64,000 nucleotides of DNA from Hydrolagus affinis (lineage: Eukaryota). A program made the translations under genes and the position numbers. Of the stretch, positions 1-12,100 are shown in pieces. Below the pieces are notes generated by a model, which was not told where the DNA came from, made no database searches, and saw nothing but the letters and a program-made list of their open reading frames with translations. The stretch covers positions 1-64,000 of the forward strand of contig JAAILG010000695.1 of NCBI GenBank assembly GCA_012026655.1. The letters are read 5' to 3'. The stretch's first letter is position 1; every line of letters begins with the position of its first letter.

Positions 1-6
1 CTTCAG

Positions 7-176
7 TAAAGCCCCAAAGGTCAAGCCCCCTGCCCCCGATCCCCCACCTGTGCTCAAGGTCTTCAACAGGGTTCTTCTGTTCGACATTGTGTCCCGTGGG
101 ATTGTCAGCGAGCTGGAGGGGCTCCTCAGCTTTCTACTGAGTCAGAAGAAACGTCTGACCGACGAGGAATTTCGAG
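7..176 (+). CDS. TRPV4: TRPV4 exon (human exon 3 equivalent): proline-rich domain and ANK1
   Basis: cttcAG acceptor at 5-6; [31 protein letters not shown]...KRLTDEEFR; donor GTAAAC at 177. Confidence 0.93.
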
Positions 177-3100
177 GTAAACTGCCATCTCATAACGGAA
201 GGATATATTCTATGAATAGAAGCTGCCAATTTCTTGGGAGGCCGCACGAAAACTGTCTGAAAGGTTGAGAATTGGGCTGGGAAACCCATAAGCTTTAATG
301 AATCGTTCGATTTATTGAATGATTTTCACCTTCAAATTGAATATCCAATGAACTGGATTTCACTGTAATGGTTAGTCTTACCTTAAGGTGTAATGGGGGA
401 GGGTTGGGTGGGGGGGGAAAAAGACTCCACTATATCACTGCAAGTTTGTCCATGATGGGAGTATGAAAAGGAAAGTGTGACATGTGGGGTGGGAGGGGGT
501 GGGGTGAGTTAATTGACGTAAGTGTGTAGATCAGCTTTGATTGTCCTCCGCCCCCTGAATCTAACACTTTTGGGAGCTCAAAGTCTTTTGAGCTCCCAAA
601 AGCAGCTGCTATTTTAGTTTCAGACTCTGTGCCCTGGGTAACTTTGTGTGGCTTGGGGCAGATGTTTCTTTAATAATTAGAGAGTCCAGTGTTAGGCAAA
701 AGCGTCTTTTCCACCCACCCTTTATTTAACGGCTCCTACAGCATTCCTCAAAGCCATCACATTCGCTGATCGTGTATAATAATAATAATAATATAATCAT
801 CATCATCATCCTTACATTTGATATAGCGCGTTTTACATCGACATCTCAAAGCGCTTCACAGAATATACAGTAAAGTGAATTGACTGTGTATATTTGTGGG
901 CGAAATGCGGCAGCCAATTGCGCACAGCGGCGTCCCCCACACAAACAGTCGCGGATTGAAAATGGACCAATTTTTATTATTATTGTGATTTTTTGTTGTT
1001 GTGAATAACAGGGAAAAAGCGCCATTAGAACCAGTCGTGATTTCAGGCATCATTTCAACATTCAGCACAGCTAGGAAAGGTTCAAGGTTTAGCTAGGAAG
1101 AGTTCAAGGTTTAGCTCGTTGGAGAGTGCAATGTATCAGTGACCGAGTTTATCGCTAAGATGTGATTTCAGATTCTCAGCTCAGACTGATGCCAATTGTC
1201 AGGATGCTAATCGAAATTACCGTTGATGCGCGATGAGACGCTGTATCCAGCAATATGAGACAATTAATATTAATAAGGAAAAAGTCATTAACCCAGCACC
1301 CATGGATCATTCCCACTCTTAACACTGGTTAATGAATGTTTTATAAATGCTTAAAATAACCTTTTCCAAATCAAAGTCAAACTTTCTTCTGGAAAAGTGA
1401 TTATTCAAAAGCTTGACATTAAGTGGCATTTTTAGACCGTCCTTTCCGCCCATTTATCGGGATTGAGTCTGGAGTTTTTGCTCAATTCCTTTGGGTGTAG
1501 AGATTATCTGTTGCTGAGGTTGATGTTGTTTTTCTTATTGCATTTTATTCTTGCTGCACTGTGAAACCAGAAAGAAACAGAGAGAGGATTTCCCGTGGGG
1601 CAAAGGGATTAAGGGACGTGGGGATAAGACGGGGGCAGGTGGAGTTAGATTAGAAGATCAGACATGATCTTATTGAATGGCGGGGGGCAGGCTTGAGGGG
1701 CCGAATGGCCTACCCCTGCTCCTAATTCTTATGTAATACAATTTAAATTTCTACAGCACTTTTGATAGTGGACGCCTTAATCTGCTTTCACAGCTGGGAA
1801 GTAGGACCTGACAATGATGGGGAGGGGACAGGTGACTGAAAGACCCAGTCCAGAACGCGAGTCTTGGAATATCTTGAATTGAAAGAGCGATTCGGGAGAA
1901 GACCGCGTTCGATTCTCTCCCTGTCTCCCCTACACCCACTCCCCCCTCCCTCCCCCCCCACCCCCAGTAGATAATAATAATGATTATCCTTGCATTTGAT
2001 ATAGGGCGTTATCGCGTCGTCGAGACGTCTCAAAGGGCTTCACAGATCGTATTGTGAAATGGATTGACCTTGTGTTTTGTGGGTCAAGGCGTAGCAGCCA
2101 GCCAATCGTATCTCACAAACCACCGTGAATTGGGTGACCACATTTTCTTTTTAATGGTTACAAAGAGAAAAGGGACTGAGACCTCGAGAGAGAGAGAGAG
2201 AGAGAACTAACTAAAATAAGAAAGGAACAATTGTCGGGGAGTTAGTAAGCCGCAATGATTCTGTTTTGGGTTTGTTTTCTGGTAAACCCATGCAATTTTC
2301 CTACCCCGCTATTTTGGCCTGTGGTCAGTGGGAGGGAAGAACACCCCTTTCTCATGTTCCTACCCTTTTTTTCTCTGGCGTTATTAAAAGAAACACAACT
2401 CTTTAACGAGGTATTGCTGCGATGAGAAAAGCAGATCATTTAATTGAGGAATATTGTAAAATGTTTTCACAGTAATACATTCTATTTTTTTAAATAATTC
2501 CGGCTTACAATTTGTACTATGGTGTAGAAGAAAATAACGCAGTCAAGGACGAGATGGGGGGCTGGGGGGGGTGGGGGGAGGGCTGTTTAAGCGCTCTGAG
2601 AAGCCGTCCGGCGCGGAGGGCGCTATATAAGTCGAAGCTGCTCTTGTTGTTGTTGTGAGGTTGAGCTAAAATTGAAAAAAAAACTCCGAGTGGGTTGTTT
2701 GAGTCTGTGGAGAATTAACCCATTTTTATTTCTCGCTCTCAGAGCCTTCCACGGGGAAGACATGTTTGCCTAAAGCGCTATTAAACCTGAACAACGGCAG
2801 GAACGACGCGATCCCGGCACTGATCGAGGTAGCGGAGAAAACCGGAAACCTTCGGGAATTTGTCAACGCCCCATTCCGGGATGTGTATTACAGGGGTGAG
2901 AGGATCTGGCTCAGATCTCAGTATATATATATATATACACGTTTGTTTAGAAATGTAAGGGACGTACAGTACAATTCCCATTACTTCACCGGATCATGTC
3001 GTTGAGACATCTCAAAGCGAATGTATTGTAAAGTGAATTCACTGCACTTTTCGTGGGTAAAACGTGGCAGCCAACTAAGCACAGCTGTGTCCCACAAACA

Positions 3101-6100
3101 GTCGTGGATTGAAGTGACCAAATTCTTATTTTTCCGTTGAGATTATTATCCCAAGAAAGTGATCCGACAATCTACTAACAACCCTATTCCTAATTACTGC
3201 CCGGTAAACCGAGGCGTGTGGAGCCAAGGAAACTTGGCTAAGGTTTTCGCCCCGGGCCAGGAATCGAACCTGGGTCGTCTCTCTTGCGAGGCGAGTGCTC
3301 TGACCCACTACGCTACAGGTCTCCGCTGTTATGATTGAGCAATAACATACCTATCTAGAAAATAAACTGCAAACTGGACGCTGAAATCCCAGCAATTTGG
3401 CAATTTTCCAACCTCAAATCTGTCAAATCAGTTCCCGTTACCGAGTCGTTTAAATGGAGGAATTTCCTGCCTTTTGGGAAAAATAAGTCGAGTATTAGTT
3501 TGAACATATTTCAAATAAGTCATTTATACAAATATAATTCAAGTCAAAATAGCGACATGAAAAATATTCTTCAAAAAAACAAGCAAAAATGTACGTAAAC
3601 GTGAAGAGGAGGCAGTTTTAAAAGTTAAAACAACAACTTTTTTGTAAAGTTATTTTTTCTGCTGGATGTGTTGAAGTGAAAGGCAGGTCGGGAATGTAAG
3701 TGAATGCAGGGGTCAGTGTTCAAAGCGTTTTTGGTGTAAAAGTGCAGTGACTGTGTATTTGTAGTTGAACACAGTAATCTATTTATACACACACCAACAC
3801 GCCACAAACTGCCAGGAGGTAAAAAGGCAATGCATTATATACTGCGCACTGTTAGTGAAGGCTTTACTTCCTAGAATTTTGGAATGTTTTGCACCTGGAT
3901 GCCGGCTAATCAGCCCTGGAAGCTGTTACACAATGTATACTTTGGGAAATGACATGTGTATGTGACTGCCAGGACGGTGGAAGTGAGCTGGATGAACTTT
4001 AGTCCTCTTTTAACTGGCAGTTCTTACGTTCCTATGAAGCTGGGTGTAGTGGGTTAGTGAGGGTGCTATAAATAAGGCCATGTTATTACTAAGGCATGTT
4101 GTAAGAAAATTGGTCATTTCAACCCATGGCTGTTTGTGTGGGGGACGCTGCTGTGCGCAATTGGCTGCCGCGTTTCGCCCACAAATATACAGTCAATTCA
4201 CTTTACAGTATATTCTGTGAAGCGCTTTGAGACATCTAGAAGACTTGAAAAGCGCTATATAAAATGCGAGGATTGCATTTTGATATATAGCACTTTTCAC
4301 ATCTTATCGACGTCTCAAAGTGCTTCACAGAATATACTGTAAAGTGAATTGACTGTATATATATTTATGGGAGAGCAAAACGCGGCAGCCAATTGCGCAC
4401 AAGGGCATCCCCCACACAAACAGCCGTGGGTTGAAATTACCAATTTTATTTATTGTGGTGTAATTTAATCTGATTAAATATCTTTAATATTAACTATTTT
4501 ATAATTAGATTATTATGGTGTAATTTAATCAGTTTAATTTCTGTTAAACTAAAGAAAGCATTTGTTACTCTCGTCGCTATATAATTCTTTCTCCGATGGC
4601 CGACAGGTCAGATCGCACTGCACATCGCGATCGAGCGCCGTTGCAAACACTACGTGGAGTTACTGGTTGAGAAGGAGGTGGACGTTCATGCTCAGGCCCG
4701 GGGGAAATTCTTCCAACCCAAAGACGAAGGCGGATACTTCTATTTTGGTAAGAAGTTGTATTTGTTTTCCTAAAAATTCTTTAAAAAAAATTTAAATCCC
4801 CCCAAAAATTTAAATGAAAAATCCTATTTCTACATGAGTTTGTAAGCCAGGACCAACATAGAAATAGTGAGATGGTGAGTGGGCGGATGTAAGAGATACG
4901 TAGCTTCAATTTGCCCCTTCTTCCCACCACGTCCTCTCGACTGATTGACAAGTTCATGAGCTCGGAAGCCTCGACAAAGGGACACTTGTCTCCGATCCTG
5001 ACAACAACAACAACAACAACTTGCATTTACACAGGGCCCCTTCGCCCCGGGAAGCGCCCAGAGCGCTTGGCAATGGCGGACGCCGTGAGCCAGAGCGAGG
5101 TGACCATAAGCCTGATCGAAGAGGAAGGTCTCGTCAAGTTGGAAAGGAAACTTGCCCAAGGTTTCACCCTGACCTGACCTATCTGGATTCGAACACAGGT
5201 CTCACGCTTGTAAGGCGAGTGAGTGTCTCTAACCACTGAGCTACTACAGGAGCTCCATTAAGTGACCGTAAGGACATGGGAGTTCCGCAGTGTTGTGGAT
5301 AGAACGCTTGCCTAGCTAGCGAGAGGATCCGATTCCTGATCGTGACAAAACCTTTGGCTTAAGTTTCCTTAACTCCATACGCCTAGCAGCCTGTAGATAA
5401 TTGTCTGTTAGTCGATTGGCGGATCGCGCTCTGAGTCCGTGACTGTTTGTGGGATACCGCTGTGCGCAATTGGCTGCTGCGTTTTGTCCATAATAAAATC
5501 CAGGGTAAACATCAGGCTCTCCCCTAATCAGAAATGAGAATGAAAGTAAATACAGTAATGAAATCAAGGCAGCGTACTAAGTTGTTTCACCCTTACCTAT
5601 TACCTCAGAAACCACCTGGCATATTTCAATCTCCAGTCACCTTAACTCAGCCAGGCTACATTTGGTATTTTCAAACTAAAATCTCATTGGGTCCAAAATA
5701 CACATTTGACTAAGTGCCACTCAAACAGTGTGGGATTCGAGGTTCTCAAAAACCCTCTGCTGAAAATACATCAAACTATCTCAATATAGGCCTTGGACAG
5801 CATTCAGAATCCAAGGATCCATTGCAACACTATAGAGAAGGGTTTGGGTTGGTCTCTCTCTCTCTCTCTCTCTCTGCACTGACGCAAGAGTCACTAGCAA
5901 TGCATGTTATTTAGAGTGAACGAAAAAGGGTCCGATGGTAAAGAGATATAATTTAAAATGCTGTGGTGAAGGATTCTGTGTTAGGGAGGGAGGGGCAAGC
6001 AACGAGCCTTTCGGAGGTTTTGATGTGTGAGAGGGTGTTATTGTGAAAGGCTCTTTTGCTGGCACAGCTGCCCAGAGTATTTGCTAAATATATTTTATTT

Positions 6101-9100
6101 ACAGCTGTTTATATTTGCAGAGTTAATAGAGATTACACAGTGGAGATCTATGGGGAAGAGAGCTCTCCACTCAGCCAGCCAGCTCGTTCGCTCATCAGTT
6201 ACAAAGCCACACAGCAGGCACGGTCTATGATCTGCAATCTATCCTTTAAAAGAAAAATTCAGCATTTTTTTCCCCACAATATATTATTAATAATAATAAT
6301 AATCCTTGCATTGTCTTCGAGACATTAGAAAGCGCGTCACAGAATACATGGTAAAGTGTAGCGACTGTGTGTTTTGTGGGCGAAATGCGTCAGCCAACTG
6401 CGCACATACTGAACTTGTACTTGGAAAGGAAAAAATTTGCAAGGCTATGGGGAAAGAGAGGGGGGAGTGCTACTAGATGGATAGCCCTTTCAAAGAGCCG
6501 TCACAGGCATGATGGGCCAAATGGCCTCCTTCTATGCTGTAGGATTGTATGAACTATTATGCTTTACAGGGAAATATTTTTCTACTTTTTGCATCCAATA
6601 ATAATACTAATATAATCCTTGCGTTCGATGTAGCGACTTATCATGTTGTTGTTGAGACGCGTCAAAGCATTTCACGGGATATACTGTAATAATAATCATA
6701 ATAATAATCCTTGCATTTGATATAGCGCTTTTCACATCTTATCGACGTCTCAAAGCGCTTCACAGAATAGACTGTAAAGCGAATTGACTGTATATTTTCT
6801 GGGCGAAACGCAGCAGCCGAATTAAAGCTGCTCCCACCTCTGCTCCAACAACGCTCTGAACTAACCGGCAAACCAGAGAAATAGGTTACTAGGTCTGAGC
6901 AGTTTGAATTCCATTTCGCAAAAGAGTTTGTGGGAGGAGGGAGGGAGGGAAGGAGGGAGGGAGGGAGTGAGAGAGGGAGGGAGGGAAGGCGAAAGCCAAA
7001 ATTTAAGAGGGGTGGGGGGGGAATACCGTTCTCAACACTTACGTAATTCTGTCCGTTAGCGTTCGATCTCAGACAGTGCCTGGCAAATTCCACCACAGTA
7101 ACTTAATTCCAGACTTGCAAAGAGGTGTAGCTTCAAAGGAAAGTCCCAACGCATTCAGATGGTTAAGTCAGAACAGATAGCTCATAGAAACTCCGCGTCA
7201 ATAGCTGACTTGTGTCCATCTATGAAAGAAACAGTATGTGAGAGGCAGGATAACATTTATTTTTTCCCCCGCTCATATCTGAGGTGAGTGTGTGTGTGTT
7301 CTTTAATTGCCTCTCCCTGGGCAAGGCTTCCTGCAATTGCTTTCCAGGCTCTGGGCTGCCCTCTGTAAGCCTTTGCTGAACAGACTTTAGTGATGGAAAA
7401 ACAAAACGTAAAACACTGCAGATACTGGAAATCTGAAACATGCTTTTAACCCTCTCTCCCCCCCAGTTTTGTTTCCCATCTCTTTTTTGTTTTACGGGCT
7501 ATCACCTCTTCAACCCATCAATTGACACATTTTCTCCTGTGTCTTCTTTTGCTGTCTTCTTTGCCTCCTTCGTCTCCTGCCTTGTCCTGCCTCCCCCAAT
7601 CTCTCTAACTTGTCCTTAAAAACCTCTGGTGGGTTTTGACAGGCTGTAGAATATCACCCAGTCATTTCTGCTTGTTGCTTCAGGGAAAATGTTAAGCTCA
7701 GTCTGTTCCCTTCCCTTAGCTGTTCCTACAATTCAATTAAAAACAGACAGCCTTGTGTAAACAGTGCTGAAATTTGAACTGCACATTTCCAGATGACACT
7801 CTGGATTTAGTTCTTGGCGATTTAAAACTTGAATTTTCAGAAAATAATCAAACGATTTCGCAGAGGCACACGCCCATCTTAGATTACAGCAGCGTAAGCT
7901 CGATAATAATAGTATCATACATTCAAGTCGATTTCAAGTCGGTCCGTATAAAAATGCAAGCAAACTATAGGATTCATTCAATCCTTTTGGGAATCAGATG
8001 CAACTGTCTGGGTGTGGGACTCATCCATTTTCTGATGAACGGATTTCTTTTTGACTTTACAAACTGCCTCTGTGAATGGAATCTTCCTTTACGTATTTCC
8101 CACGCAGGCACTTACTGTCTTCCTGGCAAAGGCCAGTGCAGTGACCTTTAGGGATGTCCTCCCGATGTAAAAAGCGCTCTATAAATGTGATTTTGTTGTT
8201 GGTTAAAGAAGAGATGGAAGTCTGAAACAGTCACACTACAGGCATTAGGGTATTCTAACCTGTGTCATTGCCGATCTTGGAACAGTCGAAAGTTTATGCC
8301 AAAATGGAATATTATATTATTAATAATAATATGTGCGTTTGATATAGTGCCCGTTGAGAAGTCTCAAAACGCTTCACAGAATATACTGAAAAGTGAATTG
8401 AATAGACTTTATAATTTTTTTCCAAATTTTTATTGGAGGGGATTAAATAAACCACCAAATTGATACCTTGCTTGTGTATATGTATATGTTCCCCCGCCTT
8501 GGGAAAAGATTTGCCAATCGACTTAATGATCGGTTACTTAACTTATTGCCAGATGAATTAGATGAATCAGATTTTTTTATACTCCCTCCCTCCCTCCCTC
8601 CCACCCACCCACCTGATATATTGTCCTCTTTTACCTTAGGCGAGCTGCCCCTGTCGCTGGCCGCCTGCACCAACCAGCCTGACATCGTTCACTATCTCAC
8701 CGAGAACCCGCACAAGGTGGCGGATCTGAGACGGCAGGACTCCCGGGGAAACACCGTCCTCCACGCTCTGGTCGCCATCGCTGACAACACCAGGGAGAAC
8801 ACCAAGTTTTTGACAAAGATGTACGATCTGCTCCTCATCAAATGCGCCAAGTTGTACCCGGACTGCAACCTAGAGGCAATCTTAAACAACGATGGGTTCT
8901 CACCGCTCAAGATGGCAGCCAAGCTCGGCCAGATTGGGGTAAAGGACCCTTTTCTGATCGATAATAATAATGTTGATAATAATAATCCTCGCATTTTGAT
9001 ATAGAGCCACAAACACACACATAAACACACAAAAAAATTCACACACACACACACACACACAAAAAAAACATATACACAAGCAAGGTATCAATTTGGTGGT

Positions 9101-12100
9101 TTAAAATTCTTCTGTGAGTGAGTGGGGATCGCTGTGTTCAGTCCAGTTCAAGTGACTTCATGCTGCTGGAGATATATTTGCCTCAGTGTAGTGAATGCAC
9201 CTTCAGTGCTGATTTTGTTAAAAAGGTCATGTTTAATACAGCTGCCTGAAATTCTACCTCACAGATTTTTCAACACATTATCAGGAGGGAGATCAAAGAC
9301 GAAAGCGCTCGTCACTTTTCCCGGAAGTTTCGGGATTGGGCCTACGGTCCCGTATCCTCTTCACTTTACGATCTCTCAGCGATAGATACCTGTGGCGAGG
9401 AGGTCTCCCTTCTAGAGATCCTGGTCTACAATGGAAAGATTGAGGTAATTGGATGCCCTGACTGTGTAGTCTGGAAAAATCATCCTATTTCTTTAAACCA
9501 AAATTTGGCTGTGATTTAATAATTTGCTAGACAAAAGCCCTTCCAGTATACACATGTCATGTCCCAAACTATATACTGTATAGTGAGATATGATTTCCAA
9601 ACATAAATCTATTTAATTAGATTAATACTAATCTTATCTAATTAGATTAATAAGCGTGAAAGGCACTATACAAACATAATTTTGCTGCTGTTGTTGTAGT
9701 AACGATTGTCAGTCTGATTTAATCTGAGACGATGGATGGTATGGAAATCTGTCTTGTTGATATAGGGTTCGGCAGAATTTTTTTAGCTACTCGATATTAG
9801 TTGATTGGAAGAAAATATACAAGCTGAATGGGATCTTCAGCCTGTCAAGCATGTTCCTTCCACAGATCATTCAAAACTCCTGATCTCCAAAGGAAGTTTT
9901 GTCTATCGATTGAGGTTTGTCAATATCAATTGGTCCCAAAATAGAATACCGTACTGGAATTCACAAGCTCCACAATGTGAATTAATGATTGTAAATGCAA
10001 CTACAGTATAACTTCATTCTCCTATTGGTGTCTCTCAATTCTGTTTCACCAAGCAGATCTGTGTTTTTTTTTTAAAAAAAGTAAGAGTTTTACTGTGTAC
10101 CTAACCTAGGAGCGCCTGAGGCTAAAATTGGCAAACTTTTCTATTCTTCCCCCAATTCACAAACACCCAGTAACAAAAAGTCTGCCAAAAGTCAGACAAT
10201 GTCTCATTTGAGAAGTAGCTTGACTAAATTTTTTTCACCCCCCCCCCACCAGAATCGTTATGAAATGTTGGCTGTGGAACCGATCAACGAACTCTTACGC
10301 GACAAGTGGAAGAAGTTTGCTGCCGTCTCTTTCTACCTCAGCGTCATCTCCTACCTGACAGCCATGGTTATATTTACCTTAATCGCCTACTATAGGCCAT
10401 CAGATGGTAAAGTAAGTACGAGCAAGAAGCCTGGCGTACAATTACAGAACCTGTCTGTTCCTACTTTTTAACACAGTTTGGTGCGGCGTACCTCGTGTCT
10501 GCTCGAACGCAACAGTTTGGAGTCTGCAATTTCAGATTCTCAGTTAGTGGTGAACTGAACCTGTAGTCCAGACCCCACTGAGAATGATCTCTCATCGCAT
10601 AATAATAACAATAATAATCCTCGCATTTGATATAGCGCTTTTCAAGTCTTCTAGACGTCTCAAAGCTCTTCACAGTATATACTGTAAAGTGAATTGACTG
10701 CATTTATATTGCCCACAACTGCGTCCCACAAACAATCGGCGATCGAAAATGACAAATTTATTATTGTTTTTTAATTGAGAGGTTATTAGTAGGCGTGTGT
10801 GTGGAGTAAGGAAACTTGCCCTAGGTTTTGCCCTGACCTGGAATTGAACCCAGGTCTCTCGCTTGTAAAGGCGAGTGCTCTAACCGCTGAGCTACAGGAG
10901 CTCCACGATGATAACTGTAATGTGCCCCCTCATTACCCCAGTGATCAACTTCCTCTGTGTTGATGATGGTGATGGAGTTAAATGTATTCTTTTGTTTTTC
11001 CCTGCCACAGTTGAGTGGGTATTTAAACATCTCTGTCCTTGTCATCAAGACCCCCAGCCCTAAACAACACAAACTCTTCCTCACTCTCTCTGGGATCATA
11101 ACGAACGGGAGAAATGTGCTGGGAACAAAAAAAAAGTATTTGCGACAAGCTTTTAAGCGTGTGGATTTCCTACTTCGGTTTTAAACAGTACGGTATCAAG
11201 TCACGCGTCCTTGTCTTCAATCCTTTGCAGCCTCCTTACCCTTACAGCACCACATCAGATTTTATGCGAATGGGAGGAGAGATTATCACTGTTGTCACTG
11301 CCATCTTCTTCTTCTTCACAAATGTAAGTTGCTCGATTAATTCGTTACGGAGACTGTACACGACCGAAACTTGCCACTCTGCCTAACCAGTCCGTTGCCA
11401 GTGTTTGTCCTCCCGTCAGTCTCCACCGTTTAGCCTACTCCCTTCCACTCGCTTCTGTTCCCTTTTCTCTCTCTCTCTCATGTGGAAGATCTCGCTTCCT
11501 CTTCAATGCATCAATTGGTCAACGGAGACATTTAGTCCTCGAGAACACGTTCTATGAAGTTATAAGGTTGGTCTTTCAAACAGGTAGCGAGCGGGTAGAA
11601 TTGATCTAACAGTTAACAGGAGGAAACTGTTATATTGTACCTCTATCACACAGTCATGAACTGCCCAGCCAGTTTAGATTTTAAAATACATAGATATAAA
11701 CTCTGTAGTTTAAAAAGTTAACTCAGATGGAGCGGATGCTAAACGAAAGCGTAAACTTAGCCGAAGCAGAAAAAACAATCGACAAGGAAACTGCAATTCC
11801 TGTACAGCTTTAAAAATACACATTTATGGGTATCACGTCTTTACCACCTTCATCAAAATTGTTTTCTAAGCGTTAATCACAGAACAACGTTACAGGCTTC
11901 TAAGAAAAACAAACGGAACCCGAAAGCACTTTCACAATATTTGTCGGATAAATTTTTATTTAAAAAAAAATAAATGTGTTCAATTATTTATTTTGATGTA
12001 GGACAGGACAGAGTGGGTAATGTGAACATTTCTGTTTGGTTGCCTTGGCAGTTAAACTGTCAATTGCTTAGCATAATACTACTTGCAGTTGATATAGTAC

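Noticed and set aside
4136-4342. Recurring short ORFs with [16 protein letters not shown] motifs (also 6662, 10461, 39017, 45382)
   Set aside because: Translations of the SINE tail, not a protein family.
9605-9652. AT-rich quasi-palindrome
   Set aside because: Low complexity; expected by chance or slippage.
10830-10904. tRNA-Val-like cloverleaf with A/B boxes (also 38849, 5256, 33219, 18588)
   Set aside because: These are SINE heads: no proper acceptor stem, and they continue into a SINE body.
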